Source of the DNA: Candidatus Saccharimonadota bacterium
GTDB taxonomy: Bacteria; Patescibacteriota; Saccharimonadia; Saccharimonadales; Saccharimonadaceae
Assembly: GCA_023898645.1 (NCBI GenBank)
Contig: CP060232.1
Location: 480,001-512,000 of the forward strand
Reading direction: 5' to 3'
Length of the DNA: 32,000 nucleotides
The notes beneath the pieces are model-generated. The model was given only the letters and a program-made list of their open reading frames with translations, was not told where the DNA came from and searched no databases. Shown here one piece after another: positions 8,755-17,440 of the stretch. The position numbers and the translations under genes are program-made. Within the stretch, counting starts at the first letter, position 1, and the number at the start of each line of letters is the position of its first letter.

Positions 8755-11433
8755 ATGGATGATTCGTCGACAAACCCATACATACCGAAGGAGTCTGACG
8801 CTATACGACAAAAAGTATACGAGCGGCAGTCGCCACTTGGTCGTGTAGTCAAATGGGCCCTCATTATAACGGCCATAGTTGCCGTGTTGGTAGGGGGTGG
8901 GTTATTTTTTGTACTTCCGAAAACGACGGCAGTTGATCAGCCGGCTCGACAGAAATTAGCCGATATCCTTCAGCCGCCGGATCAAACATTGAAACGAGTT
9001 AACGTAACCTCAATGCTTGGCTTTACTCTTAACTATGACAATCGCATTTACGACAGTTATGCCGAAGTTGGAGATAGCTCGGCAGGTACAGATAACAGCG
9101 ATGCGAAAGCGAACGGCCAGACGTACGAAAATAACGACTTGCGCGTGCAGCGAGCCTATAACTATGTACGTATACGCCCTACCGAGAGTGTTAGTAGCGT
9201 ACGCACACTAAAGCCTATTCCGCCACAACTTGAACTGTTCGCAACAGTAACCGCAAAGGACCTAGCTAAAGAAGCTGCGATACCGGAAAATAAAAACTTG
9301 TCGCAACTTAGTCTATTTGTAAAAATCGACGAAGATAAGCGACAGGCCCAGAAAGTGCTTGACGACAATACCGTCGTAACAATTGATGTATCAAAGCCGA
9401 TTACGACTACCGTCGGCAGCGTTGATTATCAGATGGTCCGTTACACAACCACCAACGACAATCATAGAGTGTCCGACGTTCGATACGACGACTGCTACTA
9501 CACGATTCAATACAGTCAGCCATATTCCATATGTGTAACTGGCGTTCGTCCCACGAGTGTTAGCGCGGCCAGTTTAGTTGAGCAAGTATTTAATTCCATT
9601 ATGTTCGACCAGCCACAGACAACTCTAGGCGGCTCGTCGACGACAACTACAACCCCTGCTGACAAAACATCGAACACTAAAACCAAAAAAGTATCATTTG
9701 CATACCCGCTCGCCCGATTGGCACAGGCGACAATAGATTCTGGCACCGATGCGACAAACTCTAATGATGGAAATACAAGCGAGTCGCCACTACTTTCAAT
9801 AACGCCGCCATATTATAGTAATGCCGGCAGCTTGAAGGCGATTGCGAAATCACAACCAAGCGTAGTAAGGATTGGTACGTTGTATTGTGCGAATGTATCG
9901 CTTAAATACCAGAGCGGCGACACCGCTGCTACTCTAACGGATGCTTGTACGGGAAGTGTGTCGAGCGGCGTGTTCGTGTCGAAGGATGGATACATTGCAA
10001 CAACTGGTCATGCTATACGTTCACAGAAAAAGGCGCTGATCGATGGCTACATAAATTTTGCTCCTGATCAATCAACTATGCTCGATCGTTTGCAGCGTAT
10101 ACTTGATTATCTTGTGAAGGCCCAAATAATCTTGCAGTCTGATGCGGACTATTTAGAGACCGGTGCTTCAATCGGTGACCAGGAGGCGCTTTCAAAAATT
10201 GAGAATATCGCATCTGTCATACCAAACGATTTTATTGTACCGATTGACGAGCAGTATACGTACGCTGTTCAACCAGCCGACCAGCCGATAGTCATTAATC
10301 ATAGCGATACCAACAAGCCGTCATTCGCATATTCGGATACCGTACTGAGCGCTAAATATGTAGCTTCTGACTACGATGCTAGCAAATCTATTCAAGAAGT
10401 GTTCGGGAGTAAAACACCTCAAGTAGATGTTGGCTTACTGAAAGTTAGCGGCAGCTTCCCTGATGTACCGGTCGCCTCGAAGCAAACAGTTAAAACAAAC
10501 GATGCTTTGAGTACGATTGGATATCCGGCCTACACTGACAGCTCATTGGAAATTGATAAGATTCGAAACATTCCCGTTGTTACTAGTAGTAAGGTTGAGC
10601 AAGTATATCAGCAGAATAACGGGGGCCAACCATTGATTCAGACAGATACTCCTGTATTACCAGGTAACGACGGCGCGCCGGTATTTAATACGGATGGCCA
10701 GCTCGTTGGTTTTGCGGTTTACGGTTTGTCGTATTGTCCAGATGGATCATGTTTTGCAAACGGTACTGTTCGCACGGCGTCAGAGTTGCTGAAGCTTCTG
10801 GATGACAATAATATTAGCCTGCAAACTGGAAGCCCGATATCACAAGATTGGTTTGGCGCAGTTGACCGGTACTTCAATGCGAACTACACAGCAAGTGCAG
10901 GGTTGTTCCAGTCTGCTGGTAGTATGTACTCTTTTAATCGCTGGGCTAGCCCGCTTCAAAAGCAGGCTGCAGCAGGGGAAGGTACGAAGCTCGATACATC
11001 ACTAATGAATGAGCTTGCGATAGTAATGATATGGACGTTGGGAGTGGCGATTACACTCACGATTGCTTCAGCCGTTGCACTATTTGTACATAAACGTCGC
11101 ATTGGTAACCTGCAGGTGGGTCACTATGGTGTAGCAACAGACGATATGTCCGTCGCTTCACCTGTAGCGCCCGTGCAGACAGCGCCTTCTATGCCACTAC
11201 CACCTGTTCAGCCTTCTCAGCCGTTTGGCCCGCCGGTACCGCCCCAAATGCCTGTGCAACCGACGCCTCCGCCACAGTCATCGTCGCCGGAATTTCAAAT
11301 ACACGACAACTCGGCCGGAACATATGGTGACACACACACCCAAGAGGTTGAATCTGACACATCAATACAGGTTAATCCGCAGCTACCAGAAGATCCAAAA
11401 AACGATACAGTCGAAGACCCCTTCTATAAGTAG
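8755..11433 (+). CDS. Bitopic membrane protein with an extracytoplasmic trypsin-like (HtrA/Trypsin_2-like) domain lacking the catalytic Ser, and a Pro-rich cytoplasmic tail
   Basis: 892 aa. There is a TM segment near aa 31-56 and a second near aa 760-785. The protease-like region (about 9853-10800) has TTGHAI (His419), DVGLLKV (Asp558) and IQTDTPVLPGNDGAPVFNTDGQLVGF, where canonical GNSGGP reads GNDGAP (Asp639, nt 10669-10671). The tail reads PVAPVQTAPSMPLPPVQPSQPFGPPVPPQMPVQPTPPPQ. Confidence 0.8.
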   Translation: MDDSSTNPYIPKESDAIRQKVYERQSPLGRVVKWALIITAIVAVLVGGGLFFVLPKTTAVDQPARQKLADILQPPDQTLKRVNVTSMLGFTLNYDNRIYDSYAEVGDSSAGTDNSDAKANGQTYENNDLRVQRAYNYVRIRPTESVSSVRTLKPIPPQLELFATVTAKDLAKEAAIPENKNLSQLSLFVKIDEDKRQAQKVLDDNTVVTIDVSKPITTTVGSVDYQMVRYTTTNDNHRVSDVRYDDCYYTIQYSQPYSICVTGVRPTSVSAASLVEQVFNSIMFDQPQTTLGGSSTTTTTPADKTSNTKTKKVSFAYPLARLAQATIDSGTDATNSNDGNTSESPLLSITPPYYSNAGSLKAIAKSQPSVVRIGTLYCANVSLKYQSGDTAATLTDACTGSVSSGVFVSKDGYIATTGHAIRSQKKALIDGYINFAPDQSTMLDRLQRILDYLVKAQIILQSDADYLETGASIGDQEALSKIENIASVIPNDFIVPIDEQYTYAVQPADQPIVINHSDTNKPSFAYSDTVLSAKYVASDYDASKSIQEVFGSKTPQVDVGLLKVSGSFPDVPVASKQTVKTNDALSTIGYPAYTDSSLEIDKIRNIPVVTSSKVEQVYQQNNGGQPLIQTDTPVLPGNDGAPVFNTDGQLVGFAVYGLSYCPDGSCFANGTVRTASELLKLLDDNNISLQTGSPISQDWFGAVDRYFNANYTASAGLFQSAGSMYSFNRWASPLQKQAAAGEGTKLDTSLMNELAIVMIWTLGVAITLTIASAVALFVHKRRIGNLQVGHYGVATDDMSVASPVAPVQTAPSMPLPPVQPSQPFGPPVPPQMPVQPTPPPQSSSPEFQIHDNSAGTYGDTHTQEVESDTSIQVNPQLPEDPKNDTVEDPFYK

Positions 11434-11475
11434 TGGTAAAAAATTGTTCGAATGTTAATTCGATGAGCCTATATT

Positions 11476-11952
11476 CTAAGTAGTACGTGACAATCGTTTA
11501 CTAGGCGAGTGTTTATGGCGACGGGGTGTAGAAAACACCCAAAATTTAAGACCTACGAATGTCCACAGGATTGAGATGCCTGCAGATATAAATTGGCCGA
11601 CGTAGACGGATATGCCAAAGAGATCATGAAGTTGCAGGGTGATGTTGAACGTAAGCAACGCGGTAAAGCTCATAAATACGATAAATCGAAACACTTCAGT
11701 GGACGTTCGGCGTTTTTTACGTACTGAACTAAAAACCCAGCGGTCGTCAACGACAAAGAATAGTGTGTAAGACGCAACGGTGGCCACGAGGAGTGCTTGG
11801 TAATAGTTGGCCATGAAAAGCTTGTCTAAGGCTGCGAAAATGAGGTATGTTCCCCAGAATGGGATATTGCCGGCAATCTGAAGTTTTATAAATTCCCATC
11901 CGAGTTGCAGAAGTGCCTTTTGTTTTTTACTTCTGCTTTTTATTTTAAACAT
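11476..11952 (-). CDS. GtrA-like small integral membrane protein
   Basis: 158 aa with about 4 TM segments. It has DDRWVF mid-protein and LKFWVF near the C-terminus, resembling the GtrA-family NRxWTF / xxxxF pattern. Confidence 0.5.
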   Translation of the reverse strand: MFKIKSRSKKQKALLQLGWEFIKLQIAGNIPFWGTYLIFAALDKLFMANYYQALLVATVASYTLFFVVDDRWVFSSVRKKRRTSTEVFRFIVFMSFTALLTFNITLQLHDLFGISVYVGQFISAGISILWTFVGLKFWVFSTPRRHKHSPSKRLSRTT

Positions 11953-11959
11953 TAGTCAC

Positions 11960-11968
11960 AGTATAGCA
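11960..11968 (-). promoter_or_regulatory. Extended -10 box TGcTATACT (minus strand), 7 nt upstream of ATG 11952
   Basis: The reverse complement of agtatagca gives the box. There is no SD. Confidence 0.5.
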
Positions 11969-11986
11969 GAGCGCTTAATTCTGGAG

Positions 11987-11992
11987 TAGAAT
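11987..11992 (+). promoter_or_regulatory. -10 box TAGAAT, 7 nt upstream of ATG 12000 (ABC ATPase)
   Basis: Read directly from the sequence. There is no SD. Confidence 0.4.
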
Positions 11993-11999
11993 AGTCTTC

Positions 12000-12758
12000 A
12001 TGAGTTTAATGATTGAAGTAAAAGATTTACAAAAGCGATATGGCGACAAGCAAGCCGTTGACGGCATTACTTTTGATGTAAAAAAAGGTGAGGTCTTCGG
12101 TATCTTAGGTCCGAATGGCGCAGGCAAAACGACGACACTTGAAATGATGGAGACGTTGCTGCCAATTGATGGTGGTTCAGTAAAAATCGACGGTATCGAT
12201 GTGGCGAAAGATCCTCAACAAATTAAGTACATCATAGGAGTTCAGCCGCAATCACCTGGATTTCAAGATAAAACCAAACTCAAAGAAGTTATCGAGATGT
12301 TTGCAGCTGCTTACGGCGAAAAGGTTGACCCGATTGCGTTTCTAAAAGACGTCGATCTGGAAGATAAAGCAGATAGTTATGTAGAGGAGCTTTCCGGTGG
12401 ACAGAAGCAGCGTCTTAGCATCACGACGGCGCTGGTGCATGGACCAAAGGTGTTCTTTTTGGATGAACCAACGACAGGGCTTGATCCGCAAGCTCGGCGT
12501 CATCTTTGGGACTTGATAGAAAAGGTTCGCGACAAGGGTATTAGCGTCGTCTTAACAACGCACTATATGGATGAAGCGGAAGTATTGTGTGACCGAATCG
12601 CTGTCATGGATAATGGCAAAATAGTTGCAATTGATACGCCAATAAATCTAATCAAAGATTTGTTGAAACGTGGTTTTAAGAAAAAGCAAGAAGTTGAGCA
12701 GGCTAACCTAGAAGACGTATTTATTGACCTGACTGGAAAGGGGTTGCGCGATGAGTAA
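12000..12758 (+). CDS. ABC transporter ATP-binding protein (ABC-2/DrrA-like)
   Basis: 252 aa. It shows Walker A GPNGAGKTT, signature LSGGQKQR, Walker B FFLDEPTTGLD and H-loop TTHYMDEAE. Confidence 0.92.
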   Translation: MSLMIEVKDLQKRYGDKQAVDGITFDVKKGEVFGILGPNGAGKTTTLEMMETLLPIDGGSVKIDGIDVAKDPQQIKYIIGVQPQSPGFQDKTKLKEVIEMFAAAYGEKVDPIAFLKDVDLEDKADSYVEELSGGQKQRLSITTALVHGPKVFFLDEPTTGLDPQARRHLWDLIEKVRDKGISVVLTTHYMDEAEVLCDRIAVMDNGKIVAIDTPINLIKDLLKRGFKKKQEVEQANLEDVFIDLTGKGLRDE

Positions 12759-13869
12759 TTTGAGTAAATCACTATTTACAGTCAAAACGTTTGTTCGAAT
12801 TAACACTAAGCGATATTTCCGCGATCGACTGGCTATTTTTTTCACGGTTATATTTCCTCTGATTTTTCTTTTTGTGTTTGGTAGTCTCAATTCTGGTGGT
12901 AGCGACGTATCATTTCGCATTGCACTCATTAACCAATCAGACAGTACTTTTGCGCGTAACTTCGTCAAGCAGGCTAAGGAAAGTAAAATATTTAAGATTG
13001 ATAAAAACACGACTACGCTGAGTGGCGCAAAGGAACTGATGACAAAGTCGCAGTTGGACGCAGCTATAGTTTTGCCGAGTGATTTCGGAACGGTCAAGAC
13101 GGGTCAAAAGATACCAAGTGGACAGGCGCAAGTAATCTACACGCAAAATAATACGCAGTCTGGGGTCGCACTGAGCTCAGTTCTAGAAAGCCAATTCAAG
13201 GTTATAAATTCTAAACTCGTGTCCGTACAGGCGCCGTTTACTGTAAAGACTGAACAGCTAAGCCAAAAAAGTCTGTCTGCGTTCGACTATACATTCGCAG
13301 GCCTTCTAGGGTTTTCGATTATAGGTATGGGTATTTTTGGACCGATGAATGTTTTTCCGGAACTTAAAAAGATGGGTATCTTAAGACGGCTCAGTACGAC
13401 TCCTCTTCGGGTGTGGCAATATTTTATGTCGACAATGATTGGTCAGCTTATAGTCGGTTCATTTGCGCTCTCTGCTATGTTTATTGTTGCCATCTTGGTG
13501 TTTCATCTTAAGATCGTCGGTAATCCACTCGAACTTGTCATATTTTTGATGCTTGGTGTCATTACGATACTCGGTATTGGCCTGGCTTTGGGCGGCTGGG
13601 CTAAAAATGAACGCCAGGCGGCCCCACTTTCAAACATCATCGTGTTTCCGATGATGTTTCTGTCGGGTACGTTTTTCCCACGGTTTTTGATGCCGGAATG
13701 GTTACAAACATTTTCAGGATTTCTACCGCTAACTCCGATTATTGATGGTATTCGCTTGATCGCTACTGAAGGCAAGCATCTATGGGAAATCACCCCGCAA
13801 CTTGGGCTGATGGGGATTTGGATGATAGTCATCTACTTTATCGCCTTTCGTGTGTTCCGCTGGGAATAG
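12751..13869 (+). CDS. ABC-2 type transporter permease
   Basis: 372 aa. It has an N-terminal TM segment, a large extracytoplasmic loop and 5 C-terminal TM segments. The start overlaps the ATPase stop by 8 nt. Confidence 0.85.
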   Translation: MSNLSKSLFTVKTFVRINTKRYFRDRLAIFFTVIFPLIFLFVFGSLNSGGSDVSFRIALINQSDSTFARNFVKQAKESKIFKIDKNTTTLSGAKELMTKSQLDAAIVLPSDFGTVKTGQKIPSGQAQVIYTQNNTQSGVALSSVLESQFKVINSKLVSVQAPFTVKTEQLSQKSLSAFDYTFAGLLGFSIIGMGIFGPMNVFPELKKMGILRRLSTTPLRVWQYFMSTMIGQLIVGSFALSAMFIVAILVFHLKIVGNPLELVIFLMLGVITILGIGLALGGWAKNERQAAPLSNIIVFPMMFLSGTFFPRFLMPEWLQTFSGFLPLTPIIDGIRLIATEGKHLWEITPQLGLMGIWMIVIYFIAFRVFRWE

Positions 13870-13918
13870 AAGAGTAAACCAAGGGGCATATAAAGTGCAG
13901 CTATGACCGTAGTCAATA

Positions 13919-13927
13919 TGCTATAAT
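13919..13927 (+). promoter_or_regulatory. Extended -10 box TGcTATAAT, 7 nt upstream of ATG 13935 (the probable true gatC start)
   Basis: The box overlaps the tracked ATG at 13926, so the first usable ATG on the transcript is 13935. Confidence 0.55.
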
Positions 13928-14228
13928 GAGCGTTATGACCACCACTATCACTCGCGATGATGTACTTCATTTGGCGCAACTGTCTAGTCTGCAGTTGTCT
14001 GATGATGAAATTGGCGCGCTACAAGCGGATTTGGGTAACATACTTGAATATATTAATCAGCTGAGTGAACTTAATACAGAAGGTGTCGAACCGACATATC
14101 AGGTAACTGATCTCGAAAATATCGGACGCGACGATGTCGTCACAAAATCATCTGTCGGTCGCGACGAATTATTAGCGCTAGCTCCAGAGCAACTAAACAA
14201 CCAAATAAAAGTTCCAAAGGTACTGTAA
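13926..14228 (+). CDS. gatC: Glu/Asp-tRNA amidotransferase subunit C
   Basis: About 100 aa (ITRDDVLHLAQLSSLQLSDDEI...YINQLSELNTEGVEP), directly followed by gatA. The true start is probably ATG 13935, because ATG 13926 overlaps the -10 box. Confidence 0.9.
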   Translation: MSVMTTTITRDDVLHLAQLSSLQLSDDEIGALQADLGNILEYINQLSELNTEGVEPTYQVTDLENIGRDDVVTKSSVGRDELLALAPEQLNNQIKVPKVL

Positions 14229-15599
14229 ATGTCAAAAATTTCTGACTACATTGGGTCTTCTGCTGTCGAAAATGTTAAAAAGGCCTTGGCGGCCGCCAAG
14301 GATCACGAAGAATTTCATACGCTATTGTCACTTACTGAAGAGCGAGCACTTGAGCGTGCCGCCAAAGTAGACAGCGGTGATATCGCCGGCCGACTGGCTG
14401 GGGTACCGTTCGTGGCAAAAGATAACTTTCTGGCATTCGGCTCACCAACGACTGCGGCGAGTAATATACTTGCGAATTTTACCGCGCCGCTTCAAGCGAC
14501 AGCTATAGAACGCTTAGAGGCAGAAGGCGCGATTTGCATAGGCAAGGCGAATCTTGATGCATTTGCACATGGCGGAAGTACCGAAAACTCTGCCTTTGGT
14601 CCTACTCTTAACTCGGTAGATAAATCCCGTGTCTCAGGTGGCTCATCGGGCGGTTCGGCAGTCGCCGTGGCACTTAGCATCGTGCCATTCACACTAGGTA
14701 GCGATACGGGCGGTTCTATTCGACAACCAGCCAGTTTTAATGGCGTTATCGGCGTAAAACCGACGTACGGAACGGTTAGTCGCTTTGGCGTAGTTGCAAT
14801 GGCAAGCAGTACCGATACGATCGGTTGTTTCACGACGAACGCAGCGGACGCTGAATTAGTGATGGACATTATGGCTGGTCGCGACAGTAGCGACATGACG
14901 ACATTGCCGGACTTTTTCGCCCCGTCAGAAGTGAAGGCAGGCCAGAAGATCGGTATCATTAAAGAGTTTATGACAGATGACGTTGATGCGGATGTAAAAG
15001 CACGCGTATTGGAATACGCAGAGAAATTAAGAGCCGCTGGTCATACTGTCGAGGAAGTCAGCTTGCCGATCGTAAAGTACACGCTTGCCATGTACTACAT
15101 CATCGTACCGGCTGAAATCAGCAGCAACCTGGCTCGCTACGATGGCGTACGGTACGGAGTGCGTGCCGACAATACTGATTTATCTGAACTTTACGGTAAG
15201 TCTCGTGATCAAGGATTTGTGGCAGAAAACAAGCGACGTATTATGATAGGCAGCTACGTGTTATCGAGTGGTTTCTTTGACGCTTATTACATGCAAGCGC
15301 AAAAGGCGCGAACGTTACTCATTAATGAATTTAACGAACTATTTACTCAGTATGATGCGCTTATTGGGCCAGTAAGTCCGACACCCGCCTTCAAGCTGGG
15401 CGAAAACACTGCGGACCCGGTCAAAATGTACCTGGCGGACGTCATGACCGTGCCAGCAAGCTTGGCTGGTTTGCCCGCAATTAGCGTGCCTGCCGGCACC
15501 ACAAGCGAGAACCTACCCGTGGGTGTGCAGCTTATTGGTCAACGAAAGGCCGATGCTCAGCTGCTCGCTCTAGCAAAAAGCATGGAGGAAAACAAATAA
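14229..15599 (+). CDS. gatA: Glu/Asp-tRNA amidotransferase subunit A
   Basis: 456 aa with the amidase signature GGSSGGSAVAVA...GSDTGGSIRQPA. Confidence 0.95.
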   Translation: MSKISDYIGSSAVENVKKALAAAKDHEEFHTLLSLTEERALERAAKVDSGDIAGRLAGVPFVAKDNFLAFGSPTTAASNILANFTAPLQATAIERLEAEGAICIGKANLDAFAHGGSTENSAFGPTLNSVDKSRVSGGSSGGSAVAVALSIVPFTLGSDTGGSIRQPASFNGVIGVKPTYGTVSRFGVVAMASSTDTIGCFTTNAADAELVMDIMAGRDSSDMTTLPDFFAPSEVKAGQKIGIIKEFMTDDVDADVKARVLEYAEKLRAAGHTVEEVSLPIVKYTLAMYYIIVPAEISSNLARYDGVRYGVRADNTDLSELYGKSRDQGFVAENKRRIMIGSYVLSSGFFDAYYMQAQKARTLLINEFNELFTQYDALIGPVSPTPAFKLGENTADPVKMYLADVMTVPASLAGLPAISVPAGTTSENLPVGVQLIGQRKADAQLLALAKSMEENK

Positions 15600-16015
15600 T
15601 GGACGCAAGTATTATCATATTATTCGCAATCGTCATTGTGCTTGGTGTAGTGATGTTTGCTTTGATTACGTTTAGCAAACGTGGCGGCAAGCTCGACGTC
15701 GATAAATACCGTGTAAATTGGCTTGCCATCGAGCAGTCACTTGTAAAAGGCGAAGAAGCAACGTATCACCTGGCAATTTTAAATGCCGATAAACTAGTTG
15801 ATCAGGCGCTGCGTGATCGTGGCTATGGCGGGCAAACGATGGGAGATCGCATCAAGTCGACGCGTGGCCAGCTGTCGCATCGCAACGATTTATGGACCGC
15901 ACACAAACTGCGCAACCGCATAGCTCATGAAACAGGTGTTCGTGTCAGCTATGATCAGACTCGGCGCGCGTTGAGCGGCTTTAAGCACACGCTAAAGGAT
16001 TTGGGGGCTATCTAG
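15599..16015 (+). CDS. Small membrane-anchored protein with an HEPN-like RNxxxH motif, inserted between gatA and gatB
   Basis: 138 aa. It has an N-terminal TM segment (IIILFAIVIVLGVVMFALITF) followed by a ~105-aa helical region ending in LWTAHKLRNRIAHE (R105-N-R-I-A-H110, nt 15911-15928). The start overlaps the gatA stop (TAATG), and its stop overlaps the gatB GTG (TAGTG). Confidence 0.7.
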   Translation: MDASIIILFAIVIVLGVVMFALITFSKRGGKLDVDKYRVNWLAIEQSLVKGEEATYHLAILNADKLVDQALRDRGYGGQTMGDRIKSTRGQLSHRNDLWTAHKLRNRIAHETGVRVSYDQTRRALSGFKHTLKDLGAI

Positions 16016-17439
16016 TGAACTACAAGATGACTATAGGTATAGAATGCCATGTTCAGCTGGCGACGCTGACCAAGCTTTTCAGTCCAGCTGACAACGACGC
16101 CCGAGATAAGAATCCGAACAGCGTCGTTCATCCGATCGATTACGGTCTACCCGGCATGCTGCCCGTGTTAAATAACCGTACTGTCGAGCTTGCGGTACTC
16201 GCTGGAATGGCTATGAATGCCAAAATTGCAAACGTTAGTCGTTTTGATCGCAAACACTACTTTTATCCTGATTTGCCAAATGGCTATCAGATAACGCAGA
16301 TGTACCATCCGACAATCCTTGAAGGTTTTGTAGAGGCGCCAATGGAGGACGGCAGTTCGGTTCATGTGCGTATTCATCACGCCCACATTGAGATGGACGC
16401 CGGCAAACTTTCGCATTATGGCGACTATAGCCTCGTCGACCTTAACCGTGCCGGCACGCCGTTGATTGAAGTTGTTTCTGAGCCGGACATGCACTCGCCA
16501 CAAGAGGCCAAGGCCTTCGCGTCTGAACTTCATAAGCTTATGACATATGCAGGCGTGACATTTGGTGATTTATACCATGGCAATATGCGTTTCGACGTGA
16601 ATATTTCAGTCGCCCCCGAAGGCGCAACCGAGCTTGGTAAACGTGCCGAAGTAAAAAATCTTAACTCATTCCGCAGCGTGGAGCGCGCAGCCGAGTACGA
16701 GTTTAAGCGTCAGGTTTCACTTCTTGAAAAGGGTGAGAGAGTCGTACAGGAAACTCGTGGCTGGGATGACGCAACTGGTAAAACGACGAGTCAACGAAGC
16801 AAAGAAGACGCCCAAGATTACCGCTACATGCCCGACCCAGACATACCGCCGATCGTTCTGTCTGATGAGCGAATCGCAGAAATACAAAAAGACATGCCGA
16901 AGTTGCCGCCGTTTTTCCGTGAGAAGTGGTCAAAACTAGGCGTCGACAAGTCGGTCGTTGAGTCGCTTTTGGCGCACCATAGTTATGCGGAGTTGATTAC
17001 GTCTATTCAAGATAATGCCGGTGATGATGCGGCAAGGCGCGTGGCGCATTGGTTTGCGAGTGGCGTATCGACTGATGACGAGACGGCTGAAATTGCCAGC
17101 GTGTTCGTACCTGAGAATTTTGTAGAACTATCTAGGATGGTAGACGCCAATGAACTTTCTAGTACTGCAGCAAAAGAAGTCTTTAACGAATTACTCGTCA
17201 GCGACAAAACGCCACGCGAAATCGCCGAGGAAAAAAACTTACTTCAAGTGAGCGACGAAGGAGCCATAGCGGCCATAGTAGACGAAGTCTTAAACGATCC
17301 TGCAAGTATGAAAGCTGTAGAAGACATAAGGGCGGGTAATGACAAGGCTATCGGATTCCTAGTGGGGCAGATCATGAAAAAGTCGCAAGGCAAGGCAAAT
17401 CCGGCTCTGGCACAAAAGCTAATAAGGGAGAGGCTATAG
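16015..17439 (+). CDS. gatB: Glu/Asp-tRNA amidotransferase subunit B
   Basis: 474 aa. It shows IGIECHVQL, FDRKHYFYPDLPNGYQITQ and a C-terminal GatB/YqeY domain. The start codon is GTG. Confidence 0.95.
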   Translation: MNYKMTIGIECHVQLATLTKLFSPADNDARDKNPNSVVHPIDYGLPGMLPVLNNRTVELAVLAGMAMNAKIANVSRFDRKHYFYPDLPNGYQITQMYHPTILEGFVEAPMEDGSSVHVRIHHAHIEMDAGKLSHYGDYSLVDLNRAGTPLIEVVSEPDMHSPQEAKAFASELHKLMTYAGVTFGDLYHGNMRFDVNISVAPEGATELGKRAEVKNLNSFRSVERAAEYEFKRQVSLLEKGERVVQETRGWDDATGKTTSQRSKEDAQDYRYMPDPDIPPIVLSDERIAEIQKDMPKLPPFFREKWSKLGVDKSVVESLLAHHSYAELITSIQDNAGDDAARRVAHWFASGVSTDDETAEIASVFVPENFVELSRMVDANELSSTAAKEVFNELLVSDKTPREIAEEKNLLQVSDEGAIAAIVDEVLNDPASMKAVEDIRAGNDKAIGFLVGQIMKKSQGKANPALAQKLIRERL

Positions 17440-17440
17440 C

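Noticed and set aside
11225-11458. A 77-aa Arg-rich plus-strand ORF in an alternative frame over the Pro-rich tail of the 892-aa gene.
   Set aside because: It is a frame-shifted reading of CCN/CCG proline codons, which gives Arg/Pro/His-rich nonsense. It has no independent signals.
11448-11463. A 6-bp AT-rich hairpin (TCGAAT-gtta-ATTCGA) between the convergent 892-aa gene and the GtrA-like gene, as a possible bidirectional terminator.
   Set aside because: The stem is too short and weak to call a terminator with confidence.
14492-14959. A 155-aa antisense ORF inside gatA. Similar long antisense ORFs occur at 12708-13097, 13503-13832, 17372-17806, 22698-23105 and 29420-29803.
   Set aside because: All lie opposite strongly recognisable conserved genes and lack SD or promoter signals. 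Their compositions are skewed (Ser/Pro/Ala-rich or Cys-rich), as expected for the reverse frames of real genes.
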